NCBI GenBank assembly: GCA_016432485.1
Contig: CP066691.1
Location: 452,709-516,708, forward strand
DNA from: Candidatus Niyogibacteria bacterium
GTDB taxonomy: Bacteria; Patescibacteriota; Minisyncoccia; HO2-45-28
Reading direction: 5' to 3'
DNA length: 64,000 bases
The notes below the pieces were generated by a model. It had not been told where the DNA came from and ran no database searches. It worked only from the letters and a program-made list of their open reading frames with translations. The position numbers and the translations under genes are program-made. Below, piece by piece: positions 61,456-64,000 of this stretch; positions within the stretch are counted from its first letter, which is position 1; each line of letters begins with the position of its first letter.

Positions 61456-61785
61456 ATGATTAAACTGACTGAATCCGCGATAAAAGAAATCAAAAGATTA
61501 AAAGAAGAAAAAAATCTGCAAAATCATGTTCTTAGAATAGGTGTACAGGGAGGAGGCTGTTCCGGTCTTTCCTATACTTTGGGCTTTGACACGGAAATTA
61601 AAGACAAAGACAAAGTTTTTGAAATTGAAGGAATCAAGGTGGTTGTTGACCAAAAAAGCTTGCTTTATATAGATGGAACAACCCTGACATACGAACAGTC
61701 CATGATGGGCGGCGGTTTCCGGTTTGAAAACCCCAACGCCAGCCGCACTTGCGGCTGCGGCGAATCATTCTCTCCAAAAAATTAA
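61456..61785 (+). CDS. A-type Fe-S cluster carrier (IscA/ErpA/HesB family)
   Basis: GGGCSGLSY, NPNA..TCGCGESF; AGGAGG SD. Confidence 0.93.
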   Translation: MIKLTESAIKEIKRLKEEKNLQNHVLRIGVQGGGCSGLSYTLGFDTEIKDKDKVFEIEGIKVVVDQKSLLYIDGTTLTYEQSMMGGGFRFENPNASRTCGCGESFSPKN

Positions 61786-61826
61786 ACTTCCGGAGCCCAA
61801 TTTTGGGCTCTTTTTCTTTTGCGTTA

Positions 61827-61871
61827 TGTGGATAACTAACGCTTTTACACTTTCGATTTATTTTCTATAAT
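61827..61871 (+). promoter_or_regulatory. DnaA-box-like 9-mer plus sigma70 promoter, leaderless, for the lexA fusion
   Basis: TGTGGATAA at 61827-61835; TTTACA-N16-TATAAT ending 6 nt before the ATG. Confidence 0.5.
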
Positions 61872-61877
61872 ATCACT

Positions 61878-63380
61878 ATGATAACAAAAAGGCAAAAACA
61901 AACCCTCGACTTTATAACCGACTATCAGGAGCAGAAAGGATATGCCCCCTCTCTTGACGAGATACGCAAGAAATTAAAACTCTCGTCAGTTTCAACAGCC
62001 CATTTTCATGTTTCTAAACTTCGCGATTTGGGACTTTTATCCAAAGAAGAGAACAAACCGCGCTCTATTGAAGCGTTCGGTCGCGAAACAATGGTAAAAA
62101 TTCCACTTTTAGGGGCTATTGCTGCCGGTCAACCAATAGAGGCAATACAGAACAAAGAAATGATTGCCATTCCTAAAAGTAAGATCCCTTCTTCGTCAGA
62201 AGTTTACGCTCTCCGCGTGGTCGGGAGCAGTATGATTGACGAAAACATAAACGATGGCGATGTGGTTTTGGTGCGCCAGCAGGAAGTCGCGGAAAATGGC
62301 CAGCGGGTAGTCGCTTTGATAGACAATTACGAAGCGACGCTAAAAAAATTTTATAAAGAGCGCGGACATATCCGCCTACAACCTGCGAACAAAACTATGG
62401 AGCCGCTTATTTTTAGAAATGGGCGAGATGTTTCAATTCAAGGAATTGTGCTTGATGTTATTCGTGATGGGGGTTTTATGTCTCCAGTAGAAATTTATCC
62501 AGACGCAAAACTTCTTAATCGAGAAAGAAAAGTCAAAAATAGAGAAGCGAAAGAAAGGGCGCGGGGTGGTACAAAATTTCAAAAAGAAGCTTTTGCGGTT
62601 GCGCAAGCAAACGGCATTGAGAAGTTTACAGACAAAATTATATGTGGCGACAGCGGAGAAGTTTTGCGTAAAATCCCAACTGGTTCGATTGATATCATCA
62701 TTACATCCCCACCGTATAATTTTGGCCTAGAATATAAAGACGATAAGAAAAATGATGCGATTCATTGGGACGAGTATTTTAAGAAGATAGATACAATTTG
62801 GAAAGAGTGTGCGCGCGTTCTAAAACCCGGAGGACGGCTCTGCCTTAACGTGCAGCCGTTGTTTTCAGATTACATTCCGACACATCATTTGATGTCAAAA
62901 CAACTACTTAATCATGGGCTGATCTGGAAGGGAGAAATTTTGTGGGAGAAAAATAACTATAACTGCAAGTATACAGCATGGGGCAGTTGGAAAAGCCCCA
63001 GTATGCCATATCTAAAATACACGTGGGAATTTGTTGAAGTTTTCTCGAAAGATACACACAAAAAGACTGGCGACTCATCAAAAGCCGATATAACTGGTGA
63101 TGAATTCAAAAAATGGGTTTATGCAAAATGGTCCATCGCTCCCGAACGAAACATGAAAGAATACGATCATCCTGCAATGTTTCCAAAAGAGTTAGCAACG
63201 CGACTAATGAAACTTTTTAGCTATCAAGACGATATTGTGCTTGATCCGTTCAACGGCGCGGGGACAACCACGCTTTGCGCCGCAGAAACAGGCAGAAAAT
63301 ATATCGGAATAGATATCTCACCAAAATACTGCAAAATCTCCGAGAAACGAATAAAGGAAATCCCCGCGAAGTTATTTTAG
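61878..63380 (+). CDS. lexA: LexA repressor fused to a beta-class N4-C/N6-A DNA methyltransferase
   Basis: wHTH (GYAPS..EI), IAAGQP cleavage site, G.SM Ser, ATLKK Lys; then TSPPY and DPFNGAGTT in one continuous ORF. Confidence 0.88.
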   Translation: MITKRQKQTLDFITDYQEQKGYAPSLDEIRKKLKLSSVSTAHFHVSKLRDLGLLSKEENKPRSIEAFGRETMVKIPLLGAIAAGQPIEAIQNKEMIAIPKSKIPSSSEVYALRVVGSSMIDENINDGDVVLVRQQEVAENGQRVVALIDNYEATLKKFYKERGHIRLQPANKTMEPLIFRNGRDVSIQGIVLDVIRDGGFMSPVEIYPDAKLLNRERKVKNREAKERARGGTKFQKEAFAVAQANGIEKFTDKIICGDSGEVLRKIPTGSIDIIITSPPYNFGLEYKDDKKNDAIHWDEYFKKIDTIWKECARVLKPGGRLCLNVQPLFSDYIPTHHLMSKQLLNHGLIWKGEILWEKNNYNCKYTAWGSWKSPSMPYLKYTWEFVEVFSKDTHKKTGDSSKADITGDEFKKWVYAKWSIAPERNMKEYDHPAMFPKELATRLMKLFSYQDDIVLDPFNGAGTTTLCAAETGRKYIGIDISPKYCKISEKRIKEIPAKLF

Positions 63381-63988
63381 AGACGCTCTTTTAATGCGCG
63401 CTCAAAATATTTGATTGCGCGGTCTAATCTTTCGGGACGCAGTGGTTTATAAAACTGCTTTTTGTGTATTTCCCCTTTGATGTTTCGCTCTCCGTCCAGC
63501 ATAGTGATGATCTCAATGTCGAGATTTGGAAAATGATACTCAAGAACTTTGACCGATGGGCTTCCGCTCGGATGATCAACGGCAACGGAGTAATCGCCAC
63601 CAAGCATACTTTCTAATTGGAAAAGGCAGAATTTAAGTTTTGGAAAATGCTTTTTTAGCAAAAAGGCATCAACTAATATGCGTTTATACATCGCGACCTC
63701 TGCATACGCCTTACACTCAACTGAAAGCACAAATTCATCATCAATATAGACCTGTTTATCTTGGGACAGTTTATAAACATTTCCCCTTCCATCACTGATA
63801 GGATATTTTGTTTTGTTGATTTTGATGCGCAAAGGTTTGCCGCCGATATTTTTCCATGCGAGTAAAACCATCTCCTCGGCCATCGTCTCAACGAGCGTGC
63901 CCTTCAGCGAACGTAAAGTGCCGCCGGCACGAATGCGCCACATTTTTCGTATTGTTCTATTGTAGAATTTTATAAATCTGTTGAACAT
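63377..63988 (-). CDS. putative type II restriction endonuclease (PD-(D/E)xK)
   Basis: E...QD..V......SVECKAY motif; convergent with the MTase and overlapping its stop. Confidence 0.65.
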   Translation of the reverse strand: MFNRFIKFYNRTIRKMWRIRAGGTLRSLKGTLVETMAEEMVLLAWKNIGGKPLRIKINKTKYPISDGRGNVYKLSQDKQVYIDDEFVLSVECKAYAEVAMYKRILVDAFLLKKHFPKLKFCLFQLESMLGGDYSVAVDHPSGSPSVKVLEYHFPNLDIEIITMLDGERNIKGEIHKKQFYKPLRPERLDRAIKYFERALKERL

Positions 63989-64000
63989 GTTGCTTAAAAA

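Noticed and set aside
61456-61785. Lone Fe-S carrier and GDH as a novel metabolic island
   Set aside because: Ordinary families; the rest of the genome is needed to judge whether they are isolated

Overview
64-kb chromosomal segment of a small-genome bacterium, very probably Patescibacteria/CPR (Parcubacteria-like). This assignment is inferred from the lack of rpmD between rpsE and rplO, tuf separated from rpsL-rpsG-fusA, tandem VirB2/TrbC-like pilins and a PaaX/Cas2-like orphan. Most of the window is core genes: tuf plus the S10-spc cluster, secY, adk, map, rpsL-rpsG-fusA, gyrA, recA, recJ, ftsK, mfd, trpS, pgk, tpiA, gdh and two tRNAs. Layered on this is a dense set of palindromic micro-elements: a RAYT transposase with REPs, two of them inside coding sequence; a PaaX/Cas2-like gene bracketed by its own 40-bp palindromes and a 34-bp duplication of the mfd start; nested 24+30-nt palindromes inserted in-frame in L3 and L28; and circularly permuted hairpin elements beside fusA and rpsG that are flanked by direct and inverted copies of the host gene ends. 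Other candidate systems are a LexA-DNA methyltransferase fusion convergent with a PD-(D/E)xK nuclease, an ExbB/MotA-like three-gene motor cluster between two periplasmic proteases, a possible DGR target gene and a tRNA-Lys islet. All calls are by eye; no database searches were run.
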